From IMG/VR virus record IMGVR_UViG_3300010262_000007: a DNA stretch of 37,945 bases; one strand, given 5' to 3'. Position numbers and translations under genes: made by a program. The DNA is from a virus. Below the pieces are notes generated by a model that was not told the DNA's origin, did not search any database, and saw only the letters and a list, made by a program, of their open reading frames with translations. Below are positions 25,808 through 34,709 of the stretch, one piece after another (the first letter of the stretch is position 1; the number at the start of each line of letters is the position of its first letter).

Positions 25808-26233
25808 ATGTACGTCTCCTATGATTTTTACAAGCAGACCTTCGGGGGCACGATCCCCGAGGATGACTTCTCCAAAGTCGAGGCCAAAGCGGAGGCGGTC
25901 ATCGGCTACCTAACCTATATCAACGGGGACATCTTCGCCAAAGAGGACAACCGCGTGAAGCTCGCGGTCTGCGCTGCGGCGGAGGTCGTCCATTATCACA
26001 ACAACCAGGCCAGCGCAAACGGCAACCAGGCTGCAGGTGTGAAAAGCGAGACCAACGACGGCTACTCCGTGACCTACATCACAGAGGGCCAGGACGGCCA
26101 GACCGCTGAGGAGCTGCTCCGCAAGAAGATCCTCGAAGCGGCCCGCGTCTACCTGCTGCCGACCGGATGGCTGAGCCGATCCCTGAAGGGAGGCTGCCGC
26201 CATGTATGTGCAGACTGCGATAACAGTCTTTAA
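25808..26233 (+). CDS. Head-tail connector (gp6-like adaptor)
   Basis: Starts MYVSYDFYKQTFGGTIPEDDFSKVEAKAEAVI, typical of connector/DNA-packaging adaptor proteins. Consistent gene position. Confidence 0.6.
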   Translation: MYVSYDFYKQTFGGTIPEDDFSKVEAKAEAVIGYLTYINGDIFAKEDNRVKLAVCAAAEVVHYHNNQASANGNQAAGVKSETNDGYSVTYITEGQDGQTAEELLRKKILEAARVYLLPTGWLSRSLKGGCRHVCADCDNSL

Positions 26234-26627
26234 TAAACGCCTGGGCGCTGATCGGCGCGAGGTCTACTTCCCGACCTGCATCCGCAGCGCGTCCTTCCTG
26301 GAGAACAAGAGCTCCGGCCACTCTACGGACGGAGCTCACTCCCAGAGCCTCGCCTACAAGTTGAGGATCCCGCTGGGAGCGAAGATTCAGGACGGCCGGA
26401 GCTATGTCCCGGCGGATAAGTTCCGCCAGCTGGACGAGGATGCAGCTGCCAAGGCGTGGACGCTCCAGACCGGCGACTATGTGCTGCCTATGGCGACCGA
26501 GCTGACGGCTCCGGTCGATCAGAAGCAGATGGAGGCGCTCGGCCATCTGATTTACGTCAAGGAGTACGCGGACAACACCATCAGAGGCTCGGCCGCCGTG
26601 AAGCACTGGCGGATCGGAGGCGAATAA
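26202..26627 (+). CDS. Head closure / head-tail joining protein (putative)
   Basis: 141-aa ORF in the connector block. Assignment is by position only. Confidence 0.45.
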   Translation: MYVQTAITVFNKRLGADRREVYFPTCIRSASFLENKSSGHSTDGAHSQSLAYKLRIPLGAKIQDGRSYVPADKFRQLDEDAAAKAWTLQTGDYVLPMATELTAPVDQKQMEALGHLIYVKEYADNTIRGSAAVKHWRIGGE

Positions 26628-27001
26628 TGGCGTTTAAACCCATCACTAACCCCAGAGGTGCCATCATCCGGGGAAAGAACGGCAAGGCCGAGCTGATCTG
26701 GAACGCCGGCTGCGCCCCGAGAATGAACGAAATGCTCAGCAAGAAGCAGGAGATCATCGACAGTGAAGTGCTCAGGCTCTGCGCTCCGATGGTTCCTAAA
26801 CGCACCGGCGCCCTGGAACGATCCGGCACGCTGGGCACCGTCATCGGCTCCGGCGAGGTGCAGTACATCGCACCATACGCCCGCCGGCAGTATTACAACA
26901 CCAGCCCGACCCGCAGCTACGACTCCAGGCGTGGCGGCATGTGGTTTGAGCGAATGAAAACCGCACACAGGACGCAGATCCTGAAGCTGGTCAACAAGTA
27001 A
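26627..27001 (+). CDS. HK97 gp10-like neck/tail-component protein
   Basis: TAATG-coupled start at 26627. Contains ...VPKRTGALERSGTLGTV..GEVQYIAPYARRQYY, a typical gp10-family block. Confidence 0.6.
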   Translation: MAFKPITNPRGAIIRGKNGKAELIWNAGCAPRMNEMLSKKQEIIDSEVLRLCAPMVPKRTGALERSGTLGTVIGSGEVQYIAPYARRQYYNTSPTRSYDSRRGGMWFERMKTAHRTQILKLVNK

Positions 27002-27013
27002 AGGAGGTCCGAC

Positions 27014-27439
27014 ATGGTCAAGTCAATCATCGAGGGCGTCGCTGACTTCTTCAAGGACTGCCCTCTCCTCAATGCCGGAGTGTTCCGCGTGGACGCCCTG
27101 GGAGACGAGCCGCAGGAGTACACCATTGAGACGGGGATCTTCAACCCGATCATCGAGACATACATCGACGGCAGCTCTGACCGGCGCTACCAGTTCAACT
27201 TCGGCAGCCGGGAGTATTACAGCATGGACCGGCTCCAGAACATCGCCAACAGCACCTTCTACGAGGACTTCGCCAACTGGGTCGAAGCTCAGGAAGCTGC
27301 CGGCAATTTTCCGGAGCTGCCGGAAGGTATGCACCCGGAACAGCTCAGCGTGCTCTCGTCTGGCTATATGTTCGACGAGTCCATGAGGAATGCACGCTAC
27401 CAGATCCAGTTAGAACTCATCTATCATAAGGAGGCATAA
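27014..27439 (+). CDS. Tail completion / tail terminator protein (putative)
   Basis: 141-aa ORF immediately upstream of the major tail protein. RBS AAGGAGG. Confidence 0.45.
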   Translation: MVKSIIEGVADFFKDCPLLNAGVFRVDALGDEPQEYTIETGIFNPIIETYIDGSSDRRYQFNFGSREYYSMDRLQNIANSTFYEDFANWVEAQEAAGNFPELPEGMHPEQLSVLSSGYMFDESMRNARYQIQLELIYHKEA

Positions 27440-27443
27440 GCAC

Positions 27444-27995
27444 ATGAAAAAGATCAACCTTCAGCTCTTTGACGAGAGCCGTGCTGCCCTGCTCCGCAAT
27501 GCCATCGCGGACTATGCCGAGATCGACGGCACCTACGAGCTCATGGGCACCGGCTTCACCACTCTGGACGAGAGCCCCAACGCACAGACCGACAGCGAGA
27601 CCTACATCAACGAGAGTACCGCGTCCACCGACATCACCGGCTACGAGACGGAGTTCTCCTATGAGTCCCGTCTGATCCCTTCCCAGAAGGCGATCTACAA
27701 GCTCTGGAAGATGGGCCGCGACCATGCGACCGGCACTGACGCCCAGCTGAAGTACGTCCGCGTCGAACTGTTTAACCCCATCGGCGAAGCCACTGAGGCC
27801 GCTGCCGAGTTCACCGCCCGCCTGTTCACTGTGGCCAATGAGGTCAGCGACAACTCCGGCGCCGGCGGCGAAAAGATCAGCGTCTCCGGCACGCTTCACG
27901 CGGTCGGCGATCCTATCCAGGGCAAGTTTGACACCGTGAGCAAGAAGTTCACGGCGGGCACTTTCGCCGGTAAGTACGACACCCCCGTCGCGTAA
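27444..27995 (+). CDS. Major tail protein with Prp-cleavable leader
   Basis: 183 aa. Leader MKKINLQLFD. Followed by a strong terminator, the chaperones and the tape measure gene. Confidence 0.75.
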   Translation: MKKINLQLFDESRAALLRNAIADYAEIDGTYELMGTGFTTLDESPNAQTDSETYINESTASTDITGYETEFSYESRLIPSQKAIYKLWKMGRDHATGTDAQLKYVRVELFNPIGEATEAAAEFTARLFTVANEVSDNSGAGGEKISVSGTLHAVGDPIQGKFDTVSKKFTAGTFAGKYDTPVA

Positions 27996-28049
27996 ACAAG
28001 TAAACACTGGCTCCGTACTACTGGCCCAGCGAGGGCAGTGAGCGACCAG

Positions 28050-28091
28050 GCACCAGCGGGCGCAACGGTGCAGCCTGCTGGTGCTCTTTTT
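28050..28091 (+). terminator. Rho-independent terminator/attenuator after the major tail gene
   Basis: Stem GCACCAGC / GCTGGTGC (28050..28057 / 28077..28084), followed by TCTTTTT. Confidence 0.65.
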
Positions 28092-28122
28092 ATAGCACCG
28101 ACCAGAGGAGGACAACAGAATA

Positions 28123-28533
28123 ATGGAATTGATTATTAACGACGTGAAACTCGAAGGCGATCTGATGGACGCGGACTTCATGGAGAAGTTCGAGCAGTCC
28201 ATGATCAAAATGCGCGACACGGCTCAGGCTAAAAAGCGCGAGAACTTCCCGACCGCTGCGGCCAACTACCGCGCCCAGTGTGAGGTGGTCAATGTGTGCT
28301 TTGACGAGATTTTCGGCGCCGGGACGGCCGACAGGCTCTTCCACGGCAAGATGAACGTCATGGAGCACCTGAAGGCCATCGAGAAGGTCAGCGAGTGGGC
28401 TGCCAGTGAGCGGAAGACGCTCAACGACTTCACCAACCGCTACACCCAGCGCCAGCAGGCTGCCACCCGGCAGATGCAGACCGCGCAGTTCGTCTCCCAG
28501 CAGCACGGTCACGGCAAGGGTAAAAGACACTGA
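28123..28533 (+). CDS. Tail assembly chaperone (gpG-like)
   Basis: 136-aa ORF between the major tail and tape measure genes. RBS GAGGAGGA. Confidence 0.6.
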   Translation: MELIINDVKLEGDLMDADFMEKFEQSMIKMRDTAQAKKRENFPTAAANYRAQCEVVNVCFDEIFGAGTADRLFHGKMNVMEHLKAIEKVSEWAASERKTLNDFTNRYTQRQQAATRQMQTAQFVSQQHGHGKGKRH

Positions 28534-29180
28534 ACCTTCTGATCGACGGCCTGCCTGAGGAGGTCGAGATCGCGGGCCAGCTGGTCCCGATCACCACGGA
28601 CTTCCGCACGGGGATCCTGTTCGAGGAAGTCCTGCAAGACGGCCAGCTCGATGACCTGGAGAAACTCAGGACCGCGCTGGATCTCTACTTCCCGGGCGTC
28701 GTCTTCGATGGCGACGTGCTCGACGAGGCGATCAGCAAAATGATCTGGTTTTATCGCTGCGGCACGGATCCCGCTGAGACGACGGAAGAAGACGCCACGG
28801 ACAGCAGCGACAAGGATCCGCCTTTTTCCTACGAGTACGACGCCGACTATATTTACTCCGCGTTTATGCAGGCCTACGGCCTGGATCTGGCGCGGCATCC
28901 CCTCCACTGGTGGCAGTTTCGAGCGCTTTTTCGATCGCTCCCTGAAGAGACTCAGCTGGTCAAAATCATCGGCTACCGCACGATGAAGATCCCGGCCAAG
29001 GCGTCCAAGGAGCAACGGCAGCATTATGAGCACCTGAAGCGCGTCTATGCGCTCCCTCAGTCGGCTGACCGGCAGCAGCTTGAAAGTGACCTGAACTCTC
29101 TACTCATGAACGGCGGCAACCCCGCCGTCCTTTTGACAGGAGGAGAAGGTCATGGCATCAGACGGGACTCTGAAATTTGA
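28530..29180 (+). CDS. Gp15-like tail assembly protein (gpT-like); start uncertain (CTG start or -1 frameshift fusion)
   Basis: The frame is open from 28524. It encodes a conserved-looking N-terminus, NLLIDGLPEEVEIAGQLVPITTDFRTGILFEEVL, with no ATG/GTG/TTG before 28716. The frame is -1 relative to 28123..28533. Confidence 0.55.
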   Translation: MNLLIDGLPEEVEIAGQLVPITTDFRTGILFEEVLQDGQLDDLEKLRTALDLYFPGVVFDGDVLDEAISKMIWFYRCGTDPAETTEEDATDSSDKDPPFSYEYDADYIYSAFMQAYGLDLARHPLHWWQFRALFRSLPEETQLVKIIGYRTMKIPAKASKEQRQHYEHLKRVYALPQSADRQQLESDLNSLLMNGGNPAVLLTGGEGHGIRRDSEI

Positions 29181-31689
29181 TACAAGCCTGGACACTGGCG
29201 GCCTACAGTCCGGCATGGGCAAGGTCGCGAGCGTCGCTCAGCAGGCGCTGGGCGTATTCACCGGCCAGATGATGACCAGAGCAGTTGATGCTCTGGCCAA
29301 TCTCGGCAAGTCAGCTCTCGACAGTGTGGGGCAACTGGAGCAGAACGTCGGAGGCGTGGAGACGCTCTTCGGCGATGCAGCTGACGCGGTCATCGCGTCG
29401 GCAGATCGGGCCTACCAGACGGCGGGCATGTCTGCCAATGACTACATGAGCACGGTCACGAGCTTCTCGGCGTCCCTGCTCCAGTCCCTCGGCGGAAATA
29501 CCGAGGAAGCGGCCAAAGTGGCCGACATGGCCATCATCGACATGGCCGACAACGCGAACAAGATGGGGACGTCCATGGACATGATCCAGAACGCCTACCA
29601 GGGCTTCGCGAAACAAAATTACACGATGCTGGACAACCTGAAGCTCGGCTACGGCGGCACCAAGACCGAGATGGAGCGCCTCCTGGCTGATGCTGAAAAG
29701 CTGACCGGCGTCAAGTATGACATTAACAATTTGAACGACGTCTACCAGGCGATCCACGCGGTCCAGGAGGAAATGGGGATCACCGGCACCACGGCCAAAG
29801 AGGCCGCGAGTACGCTGGAGGGCTCCATGGCTTCGGCCAAGGCCGCCTGGGACAACTTCATGAACGGCTCCGGCGACGCGGACCAGCTGGCGGACGCCTT
29901 CGCCACGGCAGCGGACAATATCGTCAAGAACCTCGCCGAGATCATTCCGCGCTTCGCTGAGACGCTTCCAGCGCTCGGCAGCGCCATTATTGTGCAGATC
30001 CCGGGTCTGGTGGCTGCCATCGTTCCGGCCGTGCTCTCAGCAGGCCAGAGCGTTCTGAAGCAGCTCCAGGACGCGGTCCTGAACTTCGACTTCGCCGGAA
30101 CAGCTGACAAGGTCGTCCAGATGATCACGGGCTTCATCGAAGGCGACGGACTGGGCTCTCTCCTGGACACTCTTGCCACAATTTTCACCGGCATCGTGAA
30201 TGGCATCAGCTCCATGCTGCCGTCGCTTCTGCCTGCGCTGATCGAGCTGATCAGCTACGTTGTGACCTCACTCCTGGACCAGCTGCCCGCAATCCTCGAC
30301 TGCGCGCTGGAGCTGATCCTCGGTCTGGCTCAGGGCATCCTTGCGGCGCTTCCTGTACTGATCGAAGCACTGCCGGAGGTCATCAGCTCCATCGTGGAGT
30401 TCCTGATCTCGGCCATCCCGCAAATCATTGACGCCGGCATCGAGCTCCTGATGGCACTGGTGGACGCCCTGCCTGTCATCATCGACGCGCTGGTGGACGC
30501 CCTGCCTCAGATCATCAAGGCCACCGTGACGGCTCTGATCGCCGCAGCACCCCAGATCGCGAAGGCTGGCATCAAGCTCCTGGGGGCCCTGATCGAAGCC
30601 ATCCCAGTCATCGTGGTCGAGCTGGCGAAGGCCGTGCCGGACATCGTCGCGGCCATCATCGACGTGCTGGCCGAGCTTCCCGGTCTGATCGGCGAAGTCT
30701 TCGCCGAGATCGTGACGGACCTCGTCGAGTGGGGCCAGCAGATGCTCAGCAATGCCTCCACGGCCATGAGCAATATGCTCAGCCAGGTCAACAGCATCAT
30801 CCAGGAACTCCCTGGCAAGATCTGGACGCACCTGGTCAATGCGGTGAACAAGGTCATCGCCTGGGGCCAGCAGATGCTCAGCAATGCTTCGACCGCCATG
30901 AGCAATATGCTCAGCAAGGTCAGCGGCATCATCCAGGAGCTACCCGGAAAGATCTGGACGCACCTGGTCAACACCGTCAATAAAGTGGTGGCCTGGGGCC
31001 AGCAGATGGTCTCCAACGCTTCGACCGCAGCGAGCAATATGCTCAGCAAGGTCTCCAGCACGCTCCAGCAGCTCCCGGGCAAGGTCTGGGACTATCTGAG
31101 CCAGGCGGCCCAGAAGGTCGTCACCTGGGGCACACAGCTGGCCCAGAAGGGCGCCGCAGCGGCGACCCAGCTGTTCAACTCCATCGTCAACGGGCTCAGC
31201 AGCCTGCCGAGCAAGATGGCGGAGATCGGCAGCAACATCGTCAGCGGCATCTGGAACGGCATCAGCTCTGGCTGGAACTGGCTGACGAACAAGGTCAGCA
31301 ACCTGGCCAACAGGCTGCTGAACGCCGCGAAAGACGCCCTCGGCATCAACTCCCCGTCCAAAGAGTTCGCGGACGAGGTCGGCCGCTGGATCATGCCCGG
31401 CGTGGGCAAGGGCCTGGACAAGTCCATGCCTGCAACGCTGAAGGACATGAGGGCCAAGGCCGGCGAGCTCGTCAGTGCCATGCGGGCCGAGATGTCGGCA
31501 AGCGCCGGGCAGCTAACCGTCGGAGCTTCGCACGCTGCGGGGCTGAGAATGGCGGGCGCCGGCACTACCGTCTACAATGATAATCGCATGGAGCAGAGCA
31601 ACACCTACAACGTGCCTGTGGCTACTCCTTCCGAGGTGGCCAAGAAGCAGCGCGAGGCTCTGCGGAACATGGTCGGAGGTGTGAAATGA
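29152..31689 (+). CDS. Tape measure protein
   Basis: 845 aa, helical Ala/Leu/Ile-rich, with internal 44-aa tandem repeats. Located after the chaperones. Confidence 0.9.
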   Translation: MASDGTLKFDTSLDTGGLQSGMGKVASVAQQALGVFTGQMMTRAVDALANLGKSALDSVGQLEQNVGGVETLFGDAADAVIASADRAYQTAGMSANDYMSTVTSFSASLLQSLGGNTEEAAKVADMAIIDMADNANKMGTSMDMIQNAYQGFAKQNYTMLDNLKLGYGGTKTEMERLLADAEKLTGVKYDINNLNDVYQAIHAVQEEMGITGTTAKEAASTLEGSMASAKAAWDNFMNGSGDADQLADAFATAADNIVKNLAEIIPRFAETLPALGSAIIVQIPGLVAAIVPAVLSAGQSVLKQLQDAVLNFDFAGTADKVVQMITGFIEGDGLGSLLDTLATIFTGIVNGISSMLPSLLPALIELISYVVTSLLDQLPAILDCALELILGLAQGILAALPVLIEALPEVISSIVEFLISAIPQIIDAGIELLMALVDALPVIIDALVDALPQIIKATVTALIAAAPQIAKAGIKLLGALIEAIPVIVVELAKAVPDIVAAIIDVLAELPGLIGEVFAEIVTDLVEWGQQMLSNASTAMSNMLSQVNSIIQELPGKIWTHLVNAVNKVIAWGQQMLSNASTAMSNMLSKVSGIIQELPGKIWTHLVNTVNKVVAWGQQMVSNASTAASNMLSKVSSTLQQLPGKVWDYLSQAAQKVVTWGTQLAQKGAAAATQLFNSIVNGLSSLPSKMAEIGSNIVSGIWNGISSGWNWLTNKVSNLANRLLNAAKDALGINSPSKEFADEVGRWIMPGVGKGLDKSMPATLKDMRAKAGELVSAMRAEMSASAGQLTVGASHAAGLRMAGAGTTVYNDNRMEQSNTYNVPVATPSEVAKKQREALRNMVGGVK
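30730..31257 (+). repeat. 132-bp (44-aa) tandem repeats in the tape measure gene: three close copies plus a degenerate fourth
   Basis: TGGGGCCAGCAGATG recurs at 30730, 30862 and 30994. A divergent unit (TGGGGCACACAGCTG) starts at 31126. Confidence 0.85.
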
Positions 31690-32606
31690 CAGTAAACACA
31701 TTAACCATCGAGCTGACCTGCAACGGCAAGACCCTCAAAATGGGACCGGGCCAGGACATTGACATCACTGCCGTGTCCGGCCTGGAGGCCTCTGAGGTGG
31801 AGATCAGCACATCAGACAACGCCCTGGTGGACGGGGCGTCTGTCGATGGCAAGAAGATCAAACCAAGGCCGATCCACATCGAGGCCAGCTTCAGAAGCAG
31901 CAAGAACAACCCGGAAAACCGGGCCAAAGTAATCAAGTTTTTCAACCCGAAGTACACCGGCAAGGCGCTCATCACCAACATGGGCGTCAGCCGCAACATC
32001 GAGTACGAGCTGGAGGGCTGGACCTTCGCAGCATCGAAGAACATGGACAGCAAGCTGAAGATCCTGGTGGATCTGATCTGTCCGGACCCGTATATGCTCA
32101 ATGTGGACAACTTCGGCAAGAACATGGCGAACATCACGCCGCTGTTCTCTTTCCCCTGGATCTCCCTCCGCAAGAGGATGGAGACGGGCAAGCTGGACTA
32201 CAAGCCGGAAGCCCGTGGCCTTCTCCTGGGTGGCAACACTGCCGGCTACAGAACGCTGAAGAAGGAGGTCGTGCTGAGCAACGACGGAGACGTCCCGACC
32301 GGTGTCCAGATCCAGTTCATCGCGACCAGGGGCACCGTGGTCAACCCTAAGATCACGAACACCGGCACGGGCCAGTTCATGCGCGTGAGTGTCACGATGC
32401 AGACCGGCGACGTGCTTCTCATCGACACCAACGACCGGCACCAGGTCATCACTCTGAACGGCGTCAACTACTACCAGCGCATCGACCGCCGGAGTGAGCC
32501 CTTCAAGCTGGAAGTGGGCGACAACTATCTGGAGTACGACGCGGATGGGAACTACACCAACCTGGACGTCAATCTGTTCTACACTCCGAAGTATCTGGGG
32601 GTGTAG
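31686..32606 (+). CDS. Distal tail protein (Dit, siphovirus tail family)
   Basis: 306 aa, ATGA-coupled to the tape measure gene. Ends with TAG. Confidence 0.7.
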   Translation: MTVNTLTIELTCNGKTLKMGPGQDIDITAVSGLEASEVEISTSDNALVDGASVDGKKIKPRPIHIEASFRSSKNNPENRAKVIKFFNPKYTGKALITNMGVSRNIEYELEGWTFAASKNMDSKLKILVDLICPDPYMLNVDNFGKNMANITPLFSFPWISLRKRMETGKLDYKPEARGLLLGGNTAGYRTLKKEVVLSNDGDVPTGVQIQFIATRGTVVNPKITNTGTGQFMRVSVTMQTGDVLLIDTNDRHQVITLNGVNYYQRIDRRSEPFKLEVGDNYLEYDADGNYTNLDVNLFYTPKYLGV

Positions 32607-32609
32607 CGC

Positions 32610-33719
32610 ATGAATTTGATCATCCTCGACCAGAACTTCGACACGCTGGGCGTCGTCAGCGTGTTCAATACGCTCATCTGGGACCGGCGGTACTACGCCT
32701 CCGGTCTGTTCGAGCTGCACACTCCCGCCGAGTTTTTCACGCTGATGAACACCGGCCGCTACCTCTACCGGAACGACCGGGACGAGCTGGGCGTGATCCG
32801 CGAGGTCAACTTCGCGAGAGACGCCAAAGGCGCCCGGACAGCCTGCTGCAAGGGCTACTTCTCTGAGGAGCTCCTGAACGGCCGCGTGCTCAACACGCAG
32901 ATCAGCCTCACCGGCACGCCGGAGGTCATCGGCCGGAAGATGGTGGACCGCTACGTGATCAACCCGACCGACGCCGACCGGAAGATCTCCCAAGTCAAGC
33001 TGGGCGAGCTGAAGGGCATCGGCACGAGCGTCACGGTTACGGCTACCGGCGACAACCTGGGCGACAAGCTCTATGAGATCGAGAAGACCCAGGAGCTCAG
33101 CCACCGGCTGCGCTACGACTACCTGAACAACGACCTCATCTTCGAGGTGTGGAAAGGCAAGGACAGAACGGACGACCAGACTGAGAACAGCTGGGCCATC
33201 TTCTCGGATAGCTTCTACAACGTCAAGAACGCCGTCTACGACCGGGACGAGTCCGAGTATAAGAACTTCGCCTACGTCGCCGGCGAGGGAGAAGGCTCCG
33301 CCCGTGTCATCGTGGGGGTGGATCTCCGCAGCAGTGCGGACGAGGAGCGCCGTGAGCTCTACGTGGACGCCCGGGATCTCCAGAGCACCTACCAGGACGA
33401 CGCCGGCGACGAGCACACGTACACGGCTGACCAGTATAGGGCGCTGCTTCGTCAGCGTGGCCTGGAGAAGCTGGCCGAGTACCAGAAGATCGAGACCGTC
33501 AACAGCGACGTGGATCCCAACGCCAACCTGACCTACGGCGTGGACTTCGACCTGGGCGACCTCTGCACCTACCGCTACGCAGACGTCGGCATCGAGACCA
33601 CCAAGCGGATCACCGAGATCCAGGAGGTCTACGAAGGCAGCAAGCAGACCATCTCCGTCGTCTTCGGCAATGACCAGATGACCAGCATCACGAAAATCAT
33701 CCAAAGGGAGGTATTTTAA
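32610..33719 (+). CDS. Gp37-like tail/baseplate protein (Tal position)
   Basis: N-terminus MNLIILDQNFDTLGVVSVFNTLIWDRRYYASGLFELHTPA matches the siphovirus Gp37-like family pattern as I recall it. Confidence 0.6.
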   Translation: MNLIILDQNFDTLGVVSVFNTLIWDRRYYASGLFELHTPAEFFTLMNTGRYLYRNDRDELGVIREVNFARDAKGARTACCKGYFSEELLNGRVLNTQISLTGTPEVIGRKMVDRYVINPTDADRKISQVKLGELKGIGTSVTVTATGDNLGDKLYEIEKTQELSHRLRYDYLNNDLIFEVWKGKDRTDDQTENSWAIFSDSFYNVKNAVYDRDESEYKNFAYVAGEGEGSARVIVGVDLRSSADEERRELYVDARDLQSTYQDDAGDEHTYTADQYRALLRQRGLEKLAEYQKIETVNSDVDPNANLTYGVDFDLGDLCTYRYADVGIETTKRITEIQEVYEGSKQTISVVFGNDQMTSITKIIQREVF

Positions 33720-33720
33720 C

Positions 33721-34698
33721 ATGGCCATGAGATACGGCTATTTTGACTCGGAGATCACCGGCGTGGACTCCGAGGGTATGCCTATTTTTGACAGAGCAGA
33801 GACGTCGGAACTGTTCCGCCTGCTCTTTTCCAAACTGCTGACCAATGGCGTGCTGGCCAAGCCTGCCGACTGCTTCAAAGTGCTGGCAGGCGACACTGGC
33901 CTGAGCGTCACGGTCCGCCCTGGCTTCGGCCTGATCAACGGCGCCTTCGCCTATGATCCCGCCCCTGCCACTTTCCAGCTGGCCGCAGCTCCAACGAGCT
34001 ACAGCCGCATCGACCGCGTCGTGCTGCGCTGCAACTACCTGGAGCGCCTCTGCGAGATCATCGTGAAGACCGGCACGGCAGCGACAACGCCCCAGGCTCC
34101 GGAGCTCATCCAGCCCGTCAGCGGTGACTACTACGAGCTGGGCCTGGCAAATGTAACGGTCAGCGCCAACCAGACCGTCATCACTCAGAGCTCCATCAAC
34201 GACACCCGCCCCAACAGCGCAGTCTGCGGCTACATCACCCAGTTCATTGACAGCATCGACACCGAGGCCTTCTATGACCAGTTCAATGCCTTCTATGCCG
34301 AGTTTGTGGCCAAGTCCAACGCCAGCTACTCCCAGTTCGAGCAGATGGCCAGAGCAGCCTATGACGGCTTCACGGCTGCCATCGACGAATACATCGAGGC
34401 GCTGGAGACCAAGGGCAACACAGATCTGACCGCCGTCACGGAGGCCATGAAAGAGTTCCAGCGCACCAGCCAGAACGCTTTCAACGAGTGGTTTGCCACC
34501 GTGCGGGGCCTTCTGGACGAGGACGTCGCCGGCAGGCTCATCAACAAGACGAACGATCTGGACGAGCGCCTGACCGCTCTGGAATACATGATCATCCACA
34601 ACGATCTGTTCACTCACGTCGTTGACGATGACGGCAACCCGATCCTGGACGACGATGGCAACGCGATCATCGGCGACTGGAAATATAAAACCGCATAA
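33721..34698 (+). CDS. Tail fibre / baseplate structural protein with coiled-coil C-terminal half
   Basis: 325 aa, between the Gp37-like protein and the DGR-diversified fibre. Confidence 0.5.
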   Translation: MAMRYGYFDSEITGVDSEGMPIFDRAETSELFRLLFSKLLTNGVLAKPADCFKVLAGDTGLSVTVRPGFGLINGAFAYDPAPATFQLAAAPTSYSRIDRVVLRCNYLERLCEIIVKTGTAATTPQAPELIQPVSGDYYELGLANVTVSANQTVITQSSINDTRPNSAVCGYITQFIDSIDTEAFYDQFNAFYAEFVAKSNASYSQFEQMARAAYDGFTAAIDEYIEALETKGNTDLTAVTEAMKEFQRTSQNAFNEWFATVRGLLDEDVAGRLINKTNDLDERLTALEYMIIHNDLFTHVVDDDGNPILDDDGNAIIGDWKYKTA

Positions 34699-34709
34699 GG
34701 AGGAACATT

